A stretch of 64,000 bases of DNA from an uncultured Eggerthellaceae bacterium (lineage in GTDB: Bacteria; Actinomycetota; Coriobacteriia; Coriobacteriales; Eggerthellaceae), in assembly GCA_905234785.1 (NCBI GenBank), contig CAJOIP010000017.1:24494-88493 (forward strand), written 5' to 3'. A program made the position numbers and the translations under genes. The notes beneath the pieces were generated by a model. The model was not told where the DNA came from. It ran no database searches and saw only the letters and a program-made list of their open reading frames with translations. Below, piece by piece: positions 43,877-52,858 of this stretch (the stretch's first letter is position 1; each line of letters starts with the position of its first letter).

Positions 43877-45364
43877 ATGGGAAACGGCCTGCTTTCAAAA
43901 CCTGTTGATCTGAAGTTCCTGCGCAAGGTCACCGCCGAGCGCGTGTCGTTCGCATTTCTGGCGCTATGGTGCCTTCTACCTGCGGCCATGGTGGGCGTAT
44001 GCCTGTGGCTGGGAATTTCGCAGGGGTACGCGTTCGATGCCGAAACCACCCCTTATGGGCCGGTGTACTATCAGCTGTTCCCGCTGTACCGGCGCGCGTT
44101 CCTCGTGTTGGGGTCGCTCACCATCGCATTCGCGCTCTCGCAAGTTGCCATGTGCTGGAAAAGCATCGCGTCGATTGAAAGCGTGAAAGCGCATCCGTGG
44201 TTTTACCTGCTGGCGGCGCTGCTCGTTTGGGCCGTCGCGTCGACGCTGCTCTCCGATAACCCGTGGCTGCAGTTTGCGGGGACGCAGTATCGCTGCGATG
44301 GGCTGTACAGCTACTTCATCTACGGCTCGGTTCTCGTATGCGCGCTGCGCCTGCACGGCGAGCGCCTGCGCATGTGCGTGCTGCGCCTGTTCGTCGGGGT
44401 GGCCGATGCGCTGTGCATCGTCATGATTTGCCAGGCGCTGCACGTGCCGGTTATCTGGCAATGCTTCGAGGCGCCTTATGCGGTGGTCTTCAACAACCTG
44501 AACCACTTCGGATACATCCTGTGCATGGCGAGCTTGTGCGCCATGGGGCTGTACTTGCATGACGGCACCGGGAAATGGGGCCTTGCGCACATCGCGTCAT
44601 TCGGACTGCTCGTGTTCACGCTGCTCGCGAACGACACGTTCGGGTGCTACCTTGCGGTTCTCGTGGGCATGGGGGCCGTCGGCCTTTTCTACGTTAAGAG
44701 CGGGCACGCGTGGGGCACGCGGCTGGCCATGCCCCTTGCCGTGTTCGCTGCGCTCAGCCTCGTGAACCTGTGCGGGCTCATGGCACCGCTCAACCCTCAC
44801 GGGCTTGGCGCAAGCATCTTCCAACTTGGCACCGATGTTTCGGCGATAAACGACGGGTCGCCAGAAGCGGGGCGAGCCGGCTCGGGCCGTTTCAAGTTGT
44901 GGGTCGCCGCCCTTCAGATGATTCCGGAACGGCCGATATTCGGCTATGGGCCAGAAGGGCTAATCGGGGCATATCAAGCTCGGATGAATCTTGATCGCCC
45001 TCATAACGAAATCATTCAGTATGCCGTGTTCCTCGGCATTCCGGGGCTTCTTCTATACCTGTCGGCGCTCTTGTCGTTGGCCGTCCAACAGTGGAAGCGC
45101 TTGAAAAGCCTCGGTTCAATTACGCTTGTCGCCATGGGAATCGTCGTCGGCTACGTGGTGTCGTCGCTGTTCGGGAACACGATGTTCAACACGTCGCCCT
45201 ACTTTTGGATGATGCTGGGATTTGCGGCGCAAGGGCACAACAGTGCAGAAAGGCTGTTCACCCCGCAAAGCGTGACTCGGCACGGCGTAGTGGAAAAGGC
45301 GGTCGCAATCGCAGTCCTTGTTGTTTGCGCTCTGGCGGTTATGCTCTTGGGGATTGCGCTGTAA
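43877..45364 (+). CDS. O-antigen ligase/polymerase-like (Wzy_C domain) polytopic membrane protein
   Basis: More than 10 TM helices and a periplasmic-loop motif ..GSGRFKLWVAALQMIPERPIFGYGPEG..LDRPHNEIIQYAVFLGIPGLLLY.. typical of WaaL/PglL/TfpO-type proteins. The start is at MGNGLL (ATG 43877). Confidence 0.7.
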   Translation: MGNGLLSKPVDLKFLRKVTAERVSFAFLALWCLLPAAMVGVCLWLGISQGYAFDAETTPYGPVYYQLFPLYRRAFLVLGSLTIAFALSQVAMCWKSIASIESVKAHPWFYLLAALLVWAVASTLLSDNPWLQFAGTQYRCDGLYSYFIYGSVLVCALRLHGERLRMCVLRLFVGVADALCIVMICQALHVPVIWQCFEAPYAVVFNNLNHFGYILCMASLCAMGLYLHDGTGKWGLAHIASFGLLVFTLLANDTFGCYLAVLVGMGAVGLFYVKSGHAWGTRLAMPLAVFAALSLVNLCGLMAPLNPHGLGASIFQLGTDVSAINDGSPEAGRAGSGRFKLWVAALQMIPERPIFGYGPEGLIGAYQARMNLDRPHNEIIQYAVFLGIPGLLLYLSALLSLAVQQWKRLKSLGSITLVAMGIVVGYVVSSLFGNTMFNTSPYFWMMLGFAAQGHNSAERLFTPQSVTRHGVVEKAVAIAVLVVCALAVMLLGIAL

Positions 45365-46268
45365 TTGGGCATTGTTTCAAGAAGCGTGTCCGATTTCTCT
45401 TCGGCGCGCCTGTTCAGGCATCGTTTTCCAGCGGGGGAACTGCCGACAGACGGAGCGCTCGGATAACCCTAGACGCCAACCATGCGGAGCCGAAGTGGGG
45501 GTTCGCCTCCGAAACGGGGCGCTTGCTTCACTTGGGGTCGAACTTGAAGGCCATATGCTGCCATCGCGCGGTAGTTTCGCCGTTTCGCGGAACGATAAGG
45601 CCTCCAAGTACGAGCTGAAGGTCGTACTTGGGAAGATATGCCGTACTCGTACGGCATATCTGCACGGCAAGTCGTACTTAGAGCGCATATGATGCCGCGA
45701 AACGGCGTAACCGCTGCGGCAGTGGCAAGAATCGGTTGTTGCGCGCCCGGGACAGGCGACAACCGGTTCGAATCCGGGCTCTGTTTCAAAATGTGTGTCC
45801 GATTTACCCTTGGCATGCCTTTTCAGGCAATCCTTTTCGGGGAAATAGTTGCCGAGGGACAGGGTAGGGCTTGAATAATCGAAGATGCGACTCATGCGGC
45901 ACCGAGATGAAGGTGCAAGCGGCACGCGCATACAGCATCGCGCGTTCTACGCGGCAAGCCGGGTGAAGCGCCGCACGACGCTGAACCCCAAGCTGGAGGC
46001 GGGAAGGGAGTTGCCCGGCATCGCCAACAGGCTCGGCCCATTTCCGCCACTGGGTGGAAGCGCTGGGATTTGCGGCGTGCTTGCCCGTATTGGAACCCAT
46101 CCCTCTGAAATCAGGTAGAAATGGCTGGTTCGACCACCCTTCGCTGCGAAGGCAGTTCTACTCGCTATTGCGTTTGTGGTTGCATTTGGCATCATGTTCC
46201 TTGGCTCTGCGCTGTGATGAAACGAATTATCAGAAAGGCAACAACCGCTCATCCCGCTAACAAAGAGA

Positions 46269-46298
46269 AGGGCCCGAGATTACTCTCGAGCCCTTACG
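46269..46298 (-). terminator. Hairpin terminator after the major pilin gene
   Basis: aagggcccgaga-ttac-tctcgagccctt, followed on the minus strand by CTCTTTGTT. It lies 22 nt after the pilin stop. Confidence 0.5.
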
Positions 46299-46319
46299 AC
46301 TGCTATAGCAGTGACTGGC

Positions 46320-46763
46320 CTACGACTTACCGGTTGTCGGATTCACTTTAGTGTAGCCAGAAGGAATATCACTTTCAGCCCCGATGCCCATCGTGCCATC
46401 CGGACCCACATATACATAGAGCTGAGCCTTGTTCGAAACCTTGCTGTCAATTTCGCTGAGTTTAATGGTGCCGATAGTTTCATCCTTTACACCAGACTGC
46501 CACCCCGTATCGCCCTGCGTCATTTCAACAGGACCAGCAGCAATGCCCGTATTCTCTTCCAGCGCCTTGACGGAAGCAGTTGCGTAAGCGGAACGCAGGT
46601 TGGCTGCGTCAGTCGCTTCCTTGGCGTTCTCGAGCTGGCCGCTGAGAATGGGGATGGCGATTGCAATCAGGACGGCGATGATGGCGATGACGATGAGCAT
46701 CTCCATCAGGGTGAAGCCCTTGACGCCGCGCTCCTGCAAGGCCTCCTTGCGAGCTTTCAGCAT
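46320..46763 (-). CDS. pilA: Type IV major pilin (prepilin with N-terminal cleavage/methylation motif)
   Basis: The leader MLKARKEALQERGVKG is followed by FTLMEMLIVIAIIAVLIAIAIPIL (G-1, F+1, E+5). The small ~130-aa mature protein sits directly downstream of pilB-pilT-pilC. Confidence 0.85.
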   Translation of the reverse strand: MLKARKEALQERGVKGFTLMEMLIVIAIIAVLIAIAIPILSGQLENAKEATDAANLRSAYATASVKALEENTGIAAGPVEMTQGDTGWQSGVKDETIGTIKLSEIDSKVSNKAQLYVYVGPDGTMGIGAESDIPSGYTKVNPTTGKS

Positions 46764-46822
46764 TTCAAGCACCTTCGGTTTAACCGAAGGACCCCTACCG
46801 CCTCCGGCTTTACGATGGTGCC

Positions 46823-46851
46823 ATTCTACAAGCATTTGTCCTCTTCAGCAA
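46823..46851 (-). promoter_or_regulatory. Candidate promoter of the major pilin gene
   Basis: The minus strand reads TTGCTG (46851-46846) - 17 nt - TAGAAT (46828-46823). The ~50-nt leader contains the hairpin ccttcggtttaaccgaagg (46772-46790), which covers the likely SD sequence. Confidence 0.45.
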
Positions 46852-47025
46852 GGGAAAATGTCGATTTTTCGCCTCGCCTGGGCTGTTTTGCCGAATCGTG
46901 ATTCTGGGACTTGTGTCCCAAAAAAAGCCGTTCCCCCACATCTAGAGGCCCGCATCGAACCCCCGCTTTGGCAACCCGCGGGGGCCGGCAGTTTGGGGAG
47001 GCCCCCTGACCGGCAGTTTAGGGTT

Positions 47026-48240
47026 TTATTGGATGCTGCCGTACATGCCGAACAGCGGCAGGTACACGGACAGCAGCAGCACGAACACGATGACGGCCAG
47101 CACGACGATGATCATCGGCTCCAGAATCGACATGGCGCGACCGGTCGAGGTTTCCACCTCGTTGTCGTAGTACTCGGAAATGACTTCCATCGTGTTCTCG
47201 AGAGCGCCGGTCTGCTCGCCGACCGCGGTCATCTCGATTGCCAGCTCGGGCAAGGTGTCCTCGGCGCGCAGGCAGGTGGCCAGCGTCTTGCCGGCTTCCA
47301 GGCCGGACATGGTGTTTTCCAGCGACTGGCCCATGTAGTAGTTGGTCATCGAGCGGGCGGTCACGCCGACGGCGCGCACGATAGGCAGGCCGGCCGACAT
47401 CATGACGCTCATCGTGCCCGAGTACTCGCTGGCCGCGCTCATCAGGTTGATGCGCCCGAGCACGGGAACCATGATGCCCAGCTTGCTCCACCACAGGTGG
47501 AACCCGTCGTTCTTCTTGCCCAGCTTCACGCCGATGACCGCAGCCGCAATGAGTATGGCGACGAGCCACCACCAGTGCACCCAGAAATCGGAGCTCGCAA
47601 CGACGAACTGGGTGATGGCGGGAAGCTCTTGCCCCATGCTCTCGAACGTGGAGCTGAACACCGGCACGGCGAATATCATGATGATGGCCACGACCACGAC
47701 GGCGATGACCATGACGAACGTCGGGTAGATCATGGCGCTCTTCACCTTGGCCTTGGTGCGGCTCGTCGTCTCATAGTACCTGCTGAGGCGGCGGAACACG
47801 GTTTCGAGCGAACCCGATTCCTCGCCCGCGCGCACCGACTCGATGAACGTGGTGGGAAGGCCGTCGCCGTTCTTCTGCAGGCTGTCGGAGAGGCTGTAGC
47901 CGGCGGCGACGTCGTCTGCCGCGTTCTTCAGCACCTGCGCGAGCGTCTTGTCGTCGGTCTGGTTGGCGATGAGCTCGAGCGTGCGCGTGATGGGAAGGCC
48001 CGCCTTCAGCAGGATGGCGAACTGGTTGCACGTGATGGAAAGCTCTTTTTCCTTGGTCTTGCCACCGCCCAGGCGCAAATCGAGGTCGCGCTTCGAGTCT
48101 CCGACTTCGGTGATGCGCTCGACGATGAGGCCGTTGTCGCGCAGCTGGCGAAGCGCCTCTTCGCGCGTATTGGCCTCGGCGACTCCGGTGACTTCGCCGC
48201 CACCTTCGAGCGCTCGTGCTGTGTAATTGAATGTCTTCAC
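47026..48240 (-). CDS. pilC: Type IV pilus platform protein PilC (GspF family)
   Basis: Two GspF repeats (..FAILLKAGLPITRTLE..; ..MSVMMSAGLPIVRAV..) and three TM segments. GTG start. Confidence 0.9.
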   Translation of the reverse strand: MKTFNYTARALEGGGEVTGVAEANTREEALRQLRDNGLIVERITEVGDSKRDLDLRLGGGKTKEKELSITCNQFAILLKAGLPITRTLELIANQTDDKTLAQVLKNAADDVAAGYSLSDSLQKNGDGLPTTFIESVRAGEESGSLETVFRRLSRYYETTSRTKAKVKSAMIYPTFVMVIAVVVVAIIMIFAVPVFSSTFESMGQELPAITQFVVASSDFWVHWWWLVAILIAAAVIGVKLGKKNDGFHLWWSKLGIMVPVLGRINLMSAASEYSGTMSVMMSAGLPIVRAVGVTARSMTNYYMGQSLENTMSGLEAGKTLATCLRAEDTLPELAIEMTAVGEQTGALENTMEVISEYYDNEVETSTGRAMSILEPMIIVVLAVIVFVLLLSVYLPLFGMYGSIQ

Positions 48241-48255
48241 GTGTTCGTCCTTCGT

Positions 48256-49308
48256 CTATCGTGCGTTCTTGGCAACCAGGTCGGGGTCGTGAGCTGCGGC
48301 GATGGCCACTTCGCGGGTGATGAGCCGTTGACGCACCATCTGCGTGAGCGCGTTGTCCATGGTGACGGAGCCGAGTTCGGCGGTTGTTGCCAGCGTGTTT
48401 TCGATCTGCGGCGTCTTGCCTTCGCGGATGAGGTTGCGGATGGCGTGGTTCACGATCATGACCTCGCATGCCACGACGCGGCCCTGGCCGCTGGCGCGCG
48501 GCAGCAGCTGCTGCGACAGCACGGCGCGCAACACCATGGAAAGCTGCAGGCGAATCTGACGTTGGCGGCCTTCGGGGAACACGTCGACCAGGCGGTCGAT
48601 GGAATCGGCGGCCGACTGCGTGTGCAGCGTGCCGAACACCAGGTGGCCCGTTTCGGCGGCGGTAAGGGCGGTTTCGATGGTGTCGAGGTCGCGCATCTCG
48701 CCGATGAGGATGACGTCGGGGTCTTCACGCAAGATGGCGCGCAGGCCCTCGGCGTACGAAATGGTGTCGCGCCCGATTTCGCGCTGGTCGATCGAGCACA
48801 TCTTCGGCTCGTACACGTATTCCACCGGGTCTTCCAGCGTGATGATGTGGTCGGGGCGCGTGAGGTTTATCTCGTTCAAAATGGAGGCCAGCGTCGTCGA
48901 CTTGCCCGAACCCGTCTCGCCCGTGACGATGACGATGCCCTTCTGATAATTCGGAAAATCCTGAACCACCTTGGGAAGGCCGAGCGTCTCGAGCTTCGGA
49001 ATCGTGTTCGAAAGCAGGCGGATGGCTAGGCAGACAGAACGCATCGACTGGTAGATGTTCAAACGGCAACGCACATGGCCCGCATAGGTGCCCGCCATGT
49101 CGAGCTCGCCCATCTTGGCGATGGCCTCGTACGCATCGCCCGCTGCATCGCGCGCAATGGCTTCGCAGTCTTGGCGCGTCAGCACGTGGTCGCCCAAATT
49201 CACCAGCTTGCCGTCGACGCGGAAGCGCACCGGCACGCCCGCCGCAATGTGAATGTCGGACGCCCGCGCGGCCTCTGCCTGCGAGACGATTGTATCCATC
49301 AAACCCAT
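48256..49308 (-). CDS. pilT: Type IV pilus retraction ATPase PilT
   Basis: Walker A GETGSGKSTT, Asp box, Walker B ILIGEMRD, His box GHLVFGTLHT and ~350 aa without the N1 MshEN domain, which is the PilT/PilU architecture. Confidence 0.9.
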   Translation of the reverse strand: MGLMDTIVSQAEAARASDIHIAAGVPVRFRVDGKLVNLGDHVLTRQDCEAIARDAAGDAYEAIAKMGELDMAGTYAGHVRCRLNIYQSMRSVCLAIRLLSNTIPKLETLGLPKVVQDFPNYQKGIVIVTGETGSGKSTTLASILNEINLTRPDHIITLEDPVEYVYEPKMCSIDQREIGRDTISYAEGLRAILREDPDVILIGEMRDLDTIETALTAAETGHLVFGTLHTQSAADSIDRLVDVFPEGRQRQIRLQLSMVLRAVLSQQLLPRASGQGRVVACEVMIVNHAIRNLIREGKTPQIENTLATTAELGSVTMDNALTQMVRQRLITREVAIAAAHDPDLVAKNAR

Positions 49309-49332
49309 GTTAATTCCTCTCGTGCCTTCATT

Positions 49333-49487
49333 CCGCTTCGCGGAGATCCTTCGACTCCGCGCTTCGCGCTCCGCTCAGGATGACAACCCGGGAGGGCGCT
49401 TCGCGCTCCGCTCAGGACGAACATGACAATATGTCATCCCGAGCGAAGCGAGGGATCTCGGGCTTTGCCCGTATGACCAGGATGACA
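49333..49487. repeat. Family A repeat array
   Basis: ccgcttcgcggagatccttcgactccgcgcttcgcgctccgctcaggatgac.., a second gcttcgcgctccgctcagga.. unit, then the forward gtcatcccgagcgaagcgagggatctcgggctttgccc. It fills the pilB-pilT gap. Confidence 0.8.
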
Positions 49488-49497
49488 TCTCACCTTC

Positions 49498-51186
49498 CTA
49501 ATCGGTAGTGTGAATGGTGCGGTACACCTCTTCGGCGGTGGTGATGCCGCGCAGCACCAGGTCGCGCGCGTTGACGATGATGGGCTGGAAGCCGCTTTGC
49601 TTCACGGCGGCGAGCAGCTGGTCGCGCGACGCGTGGCGGTAAATGGCGTCGCTGACAGCATGATCGACGACCAGCGCCTCGGCCACGACGATGCGCCCGC
49701 GATACCCGCTGTTGAAGCACTCGGGGCAGCCGCGCCCGCGGTAGAACTGCACGTTCTGCGCGTTCGGGTCGAAGCCCAGGTTGCGCAGTTCCTCGGACGT
49801 GGGCGTGTACGCCTCGCGGCAATGCGTGCACACGCGGCGCACCAGGCGCTGCGAAATGACGCCTTTCAGCGCCGTGGCCAGCATGAACGATTCGATGCCC
49901 ATGTCGGAAAGGCGGTCGAGCGTGGAAAGCGCGTCGCCCGTATGCAGGGTGGAAAGCACCAGATGGCCCGTGACGGCGGCGCGCATGGCTATCTCGGCCG
50001 TCTCGTTGTCGCGGATCTCGCCGACCGACACGATGTCCGGGTCTTGGCGCAAGATGGAACGCAGGCCGCTGGCGAACGTCATGCCCGTCTTCTCGTTCAC
50101 CTGCACCTGGTTCACGCCGTCGATGCTGTATTCCACCGGGTCTTCCAGCGTGACGATGTTCACCTGCTCGGTGTTCAGCGCGTTGATCATGGCGGAAAGC
50201 GTCGACGATTTGCCCGAGCCCGTGGGGCCCACCAGCAAGATGACGCCCTGCGTGTTCTCGATGAGCTTGTGGTACACGGCCAGGTTGTGCCCGTAGAAAC
50301 CGAGTTGCTCGGCCGTGCCCTGCTGGGCGTCGCGGTCGAGGATGCGCATGACGATCTTCTCGCCGTGCACCGTGGGCAGCGTGGAACAGCGCAGGTCGGC
50401 TTCGTGCATGCGGATGCGCACGATGGCGCGGCCGTCCTGCGGCACGCGGCGCTCGGTGACGTCCATGTTGCACATGATCTTGATGCGCGACGTGACCGAC
50501 TGCTGAAGTTCCTTCGGGATGGTCAGCGTGTTGTGCAGCATGCCGTCGATGCGCATGCGCACGTTCACCACGTCGTCTTGCGGCTCGATGTGGATGTCGG
50601 ACGCCTTGTCTGAGATGCCGCGCTCGATGATGCTATCGACCAAGCGGATGGAAGGCGCGGCGCTCTCGGTTTCCGTCATGTCGGAAACCTGCGTGCCGAC
50701 GTAATCGGTTTCGCGCGTGCCCTCCTGCTGCATTTCGCGGATGGCGCGTTTGGCGCCCTCGGTGCCGTACAGGGCGGAAATGGCGCGGTCGATGCCGCTT
50801 TGCGTGGAGATGACCGGCGTTATGCGTTTGCGGGTGGCCGTGCGCGCTTCCTCGATTGCGATGAAGTTCAGCGGGTCGGCCATGGCCAAGTACAATTCGT
50901 CGCCGCGCGTGCGTAGCGGAACGACTGAGTGCTTTTTCGCAATGTTCTTGGGCAGGATCTGCGCCATTTCCGGCGGAATGTCGGCGGTGGACAAATCGAC
51001 ATAGTCGATACCGAGCTGCATCATGAGCGCGTCGATAAGCTGACGTTCGGTGATGACGCCCGTTTGGATGAGCTCGTCGCCCAGGCGGCGCTTGCTTTCC
51101 TTCTGGGACTTCAGCGCCGCGCCGAGCTGCTCGTCGGTGATGACGCCGGCGTCGACCAGCAAGTCGCCCAATCGCATGTATTTCAT
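49498..51186 (-). CDS. pilB: Type IV pilus assembly ATPase PilB (GspE family)
   Basis: N-terminal MshEN/T2SSE_N repeats (LGDLLVDAGVITDEQLGAALKSQ..), Walker A GPTGSGKSST, Walker B IVSVGEIRD, His box, and a tetracysteine motif CTHCREAY..GCPEC. Confidence 0.9.
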   Translation of the reverse strand: MKYMRLGDLLVDAGVITDEQLGAALKSQKESKRRLGDELIQTGVITERQLIDALMMQLGIDYVDLSTADIPPEMAQILPKNIAKKHSVVPLRTRGDELYLAMADPLNFIAIEEARTATRKRITPVISTQSGIDRAISALYGTEGAKRAIREMQQEGTRETDYVGTQVSDMTETESAAPSIRLVDSIIERGISDKASDIHIEPQDDVVNVRMRIDGMLHNTLTIPKELQQSVTSRIKIMCNMDVTERRVPQDGRAIVRIRMHEADLRCSTLPTVHGEKIVMRILDRDAQQGTAEQLGFYGHNLAVYHKLIENTQGVILLVGPTGSGKSSTLSAMINALNTEQVNIVTLEDPVEYSIDGVNQVQVNEKTGMTFASGLRSILRQDPDIVSVGEIRDNETAEIAMRAAVTGHLVLSTLHTGDALSTLDRLSDMGIESFMLATALKGVISQRLVRRVCTHCREAYTPTSEELRNLGFDPNAQNVQFYRGRGCPECFNSGYRGRIVVAEALVVDHAVSDAIYRHASRDQLLAAVKQSGFQPIIVNARDLVLRGITTAEEVYRTIHTTD

Positions 51187-51326
51187 ATACGCCGCTTCTC
51201 CTTAACGTGGCAAGGCACTATTGCGCCGTTTTTCAGGCATTGCGCAAGTATGTTGATTGTAAACGATATGCGGCGTTATGGCAGTTCGACTTAACGCGTC
51301 AACCGAGGCAAATGCCGATTGGCGCG

Positions 51327-51638
51327 CTACAGGTCTACCACGGTGCACGTGTCGATGTCTTGGCGGACGTGGAAGATACGCCATACGGTGAGCGCGTCAT
51401 CGTCGTAGGTGTAATACACCCAGTAGTTCTTCACGAGCGTTCGCCGGTATTCGCGGTCGAGGTCGTCGCTGGCGAAGAGCATGCCCGATTCGGGAAGGTC
51501 GGCTAGGCGCTCGAAAGCGCCGTACAACGCTTCCAGGGTGCTTTCAGCCGCCTTGGGCATGGCCGATTCGTAAGCTATGTATATGTCCAGGCTTTCAAGG
51601 TCGAGCTGGGCCCGCTGTCGCAAGCGCACTTCACGCAT
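51327..51638 (-). CDS. RelE/ParE-family type II toxin
   Basis: MREVRLRQRAQLDLESLDIYIA..LADLPESG..VKNYWVYYTYDDDALTVWRIFHVRQD is a ParE-like pattern. The start overlaps the antitoxin stop by 8 nt. Confidence 0.7.
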   Translation of the reverse strand: MREVRLRQRAQLDLESLDIYIAYESAMPKAAESTLEALYGAFERLADLPESGMLFASDDLDREYRRTLVKNYWVYYTYDDDALTVWRIFHVRQDIDTCTVVDL

Positions 51639-51939
51639 GAAGGGCCTCGAGCGTTTCCGCAACTTGCTTCATGCGCGCCTTCGACTCGTCGAGCGAGACG
51701 GTTTTCGCGACGTAATTCGCCTCGATTTCGGCCTCGCGCAGCTTGCGGATATGGCGTTCGCGCTGCATGGCCCGGTTGTACGCCTGGCAATCGATGACCA
51801 CAAGCGCCGGCGCCCCGTTGCGTGTTAGGACAATGGGCTCGCCTGTCTCGCGCGCTGTTTCCTCGATTTCGGGAAGGTGCGTGCGCAGGTCGCTAATCGG
51901 ACGCGTTTCGGGAATCATGACTGGCAACGACACGGACAA
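51631..51939 (-). CDS. Phd/YefM-family type II antitoxin
   Basis: ..TRPISDLRTHLPEIEETARETGEPIVLTRNGAPALVVIDCQAYNRAM.. GTG start with RBS AAGGAGG. Confidence 0.75.
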   Translation of the reverse strand: MSVSLPVMIPETRPISDLRTHLPEIEETARETGEPIVLTRNGAPALVVIDCQAYNRAMQRERHIRKLREAEIEANYVAKTVSLDESKARMKQVAETLEALHA

Positions 51940-52069
51940 CCTCCTTGACTAGGTTGCCCGCATCGTATCATGACATGCAATATACATGCAATATTTTGCA
52001 CTATGTCAACCCGGGCTGTTCGGGTTGGCGCGTTTTTATAAGTATGTTGGCTGCAAACGATATGCGGCG

Positions 52070-52480
52070 TTATGAAAGCTCGACTTCAGCCCATGACTCG
52101 AATGGAAAATCGGGAATGCGCTTGAAGTCTTTTGCATTGTTGGAAACCAGCACGGTCTTGTTCGCAATAACTGTTGCGGCAATCATAAGATCTCGATCCC
52201 CGATGGCGTTCCCCTTCGAGCCGAGGAGCTGACGCAGCTTGCCGTATTCCACCGCGCATCGACCATCAAAGGGAACGACCTCGAACGCCTCGACGAATGC
52301 GCTCACCATGCTTTTTTCCTCTTCGGAACGGGCGCTATGTTCAGCACCATACCAAAGCTCGCCAACAACGATGGCTGGAAGGGCAAACCCTTCTGGCCCT
52401 TCCTTTTGCATGACTTGATAACCTTGCCGAAGGCGTCCTCTTAGAAACTCAATGCAAATGCAGGTGTCGAGATAACGCAC
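52070..52480 (-). CDS. vapC: PIN-domain toxin VapC
   Basis: VRYLDTCICIEFL.., ..VGELWYGAE.., ..IGDRDLMIAAT.., ..VSNNAKDF.. give the four acidic PIN positions. GTG start at 52480, 8 nt after the antitoxin stop. Confidence 0.8.
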   Translation of the reverse strand: MRYLDTCICIEFLRGRLRQGYQVMQKEGPEGFALPAIVVGELWYGAEHSARSEEEKSMVSAFVEAFEVVPFDGRCAVEYGKLRQLLGSKGNAIGDRDLMIAATVIANKTVLVSNNAKDFKRIPDFPFESWAEVELS

Positions 52481-52488
52481 GGTTTCCC

Positions 52489-52725
52489 TTACGCAAATAA
52501 ATGCTCTAGCTCGTCGTCGTCGGACGGTAGAGGATCGTCTGGAATCTCGAACGGGCCTTCCCATGCGCCATACAAATCCCAAAAGCCCTTCGGCCATCCG
52601 GAGGTCGCAGCGTCTTGTTCGATGAGGCGATTTGCGTACTTAGACATAGAAACCCCCGCCTCTTTAGAACGCTTACGCAACAGCGCAAGGTTTTCTTCAG
52701 TTACATAGAGCGACAGTTGGGGCAT
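52489..52725 (-). CDS. vapB: VapB-type antitoxin (RHH-like N-terminus)
   Basis: MPQLSLYVTEENLALLRKRSKEAGVSMSKYANRLIE.. looks like a ribbon-helix-helix, with an acidic C-terminal tail. ATG 52725. Confidence 0.6.
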   Translation of the reverse strand: MPQLSLYVTEENLALLRKRSKEAGVSMSKYANRLIEQDAATSGWPKGFWDLYGAWEGPFEIPDDPLPSDDDELEHLFA

Positions 52726-52858
52726 TCGAGGCCTTTCTTTCACTGACGCTATTATAACATACTTGCAAGTATATTTGTAATTCGAATGCGCCAACCCGGG
52801 CTGTTCGGGTTGGCGCAGTGCATGTATTTCGTGTGAACCGTTTCCCTTTTCGGCCGGG

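Noticed and set aside
43572-43898. N-terminal extension of the prepilin peptidase ORF (385 aa in the track)
   Set aside because: The extension is translated from family A repeats. The conserved PilD sequence begins at MSFTDPIL (ATG 43571).
45635-45660. Palindrome GATATGCCGTAC-TC-GTACGGCATATC, superficially like group II intron domain V
   Set aside because: It is a perfect bulge-less palindrome lacking the AGC triad/bulge architecture. No intron-encoded protein or other intron domains are nearby.
45721-45790. GGTTCGAATCC T-loop-like sequence, a possible tRNA or tmRNA 3' end
   Set aside because: Only a 4-bp T-stem can form. There is no complementary acceptor 5' strand, no D or anticodon arms, and no CCA or tag-peptide frame. 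The upstream sequence folds as one long hairpin instead.
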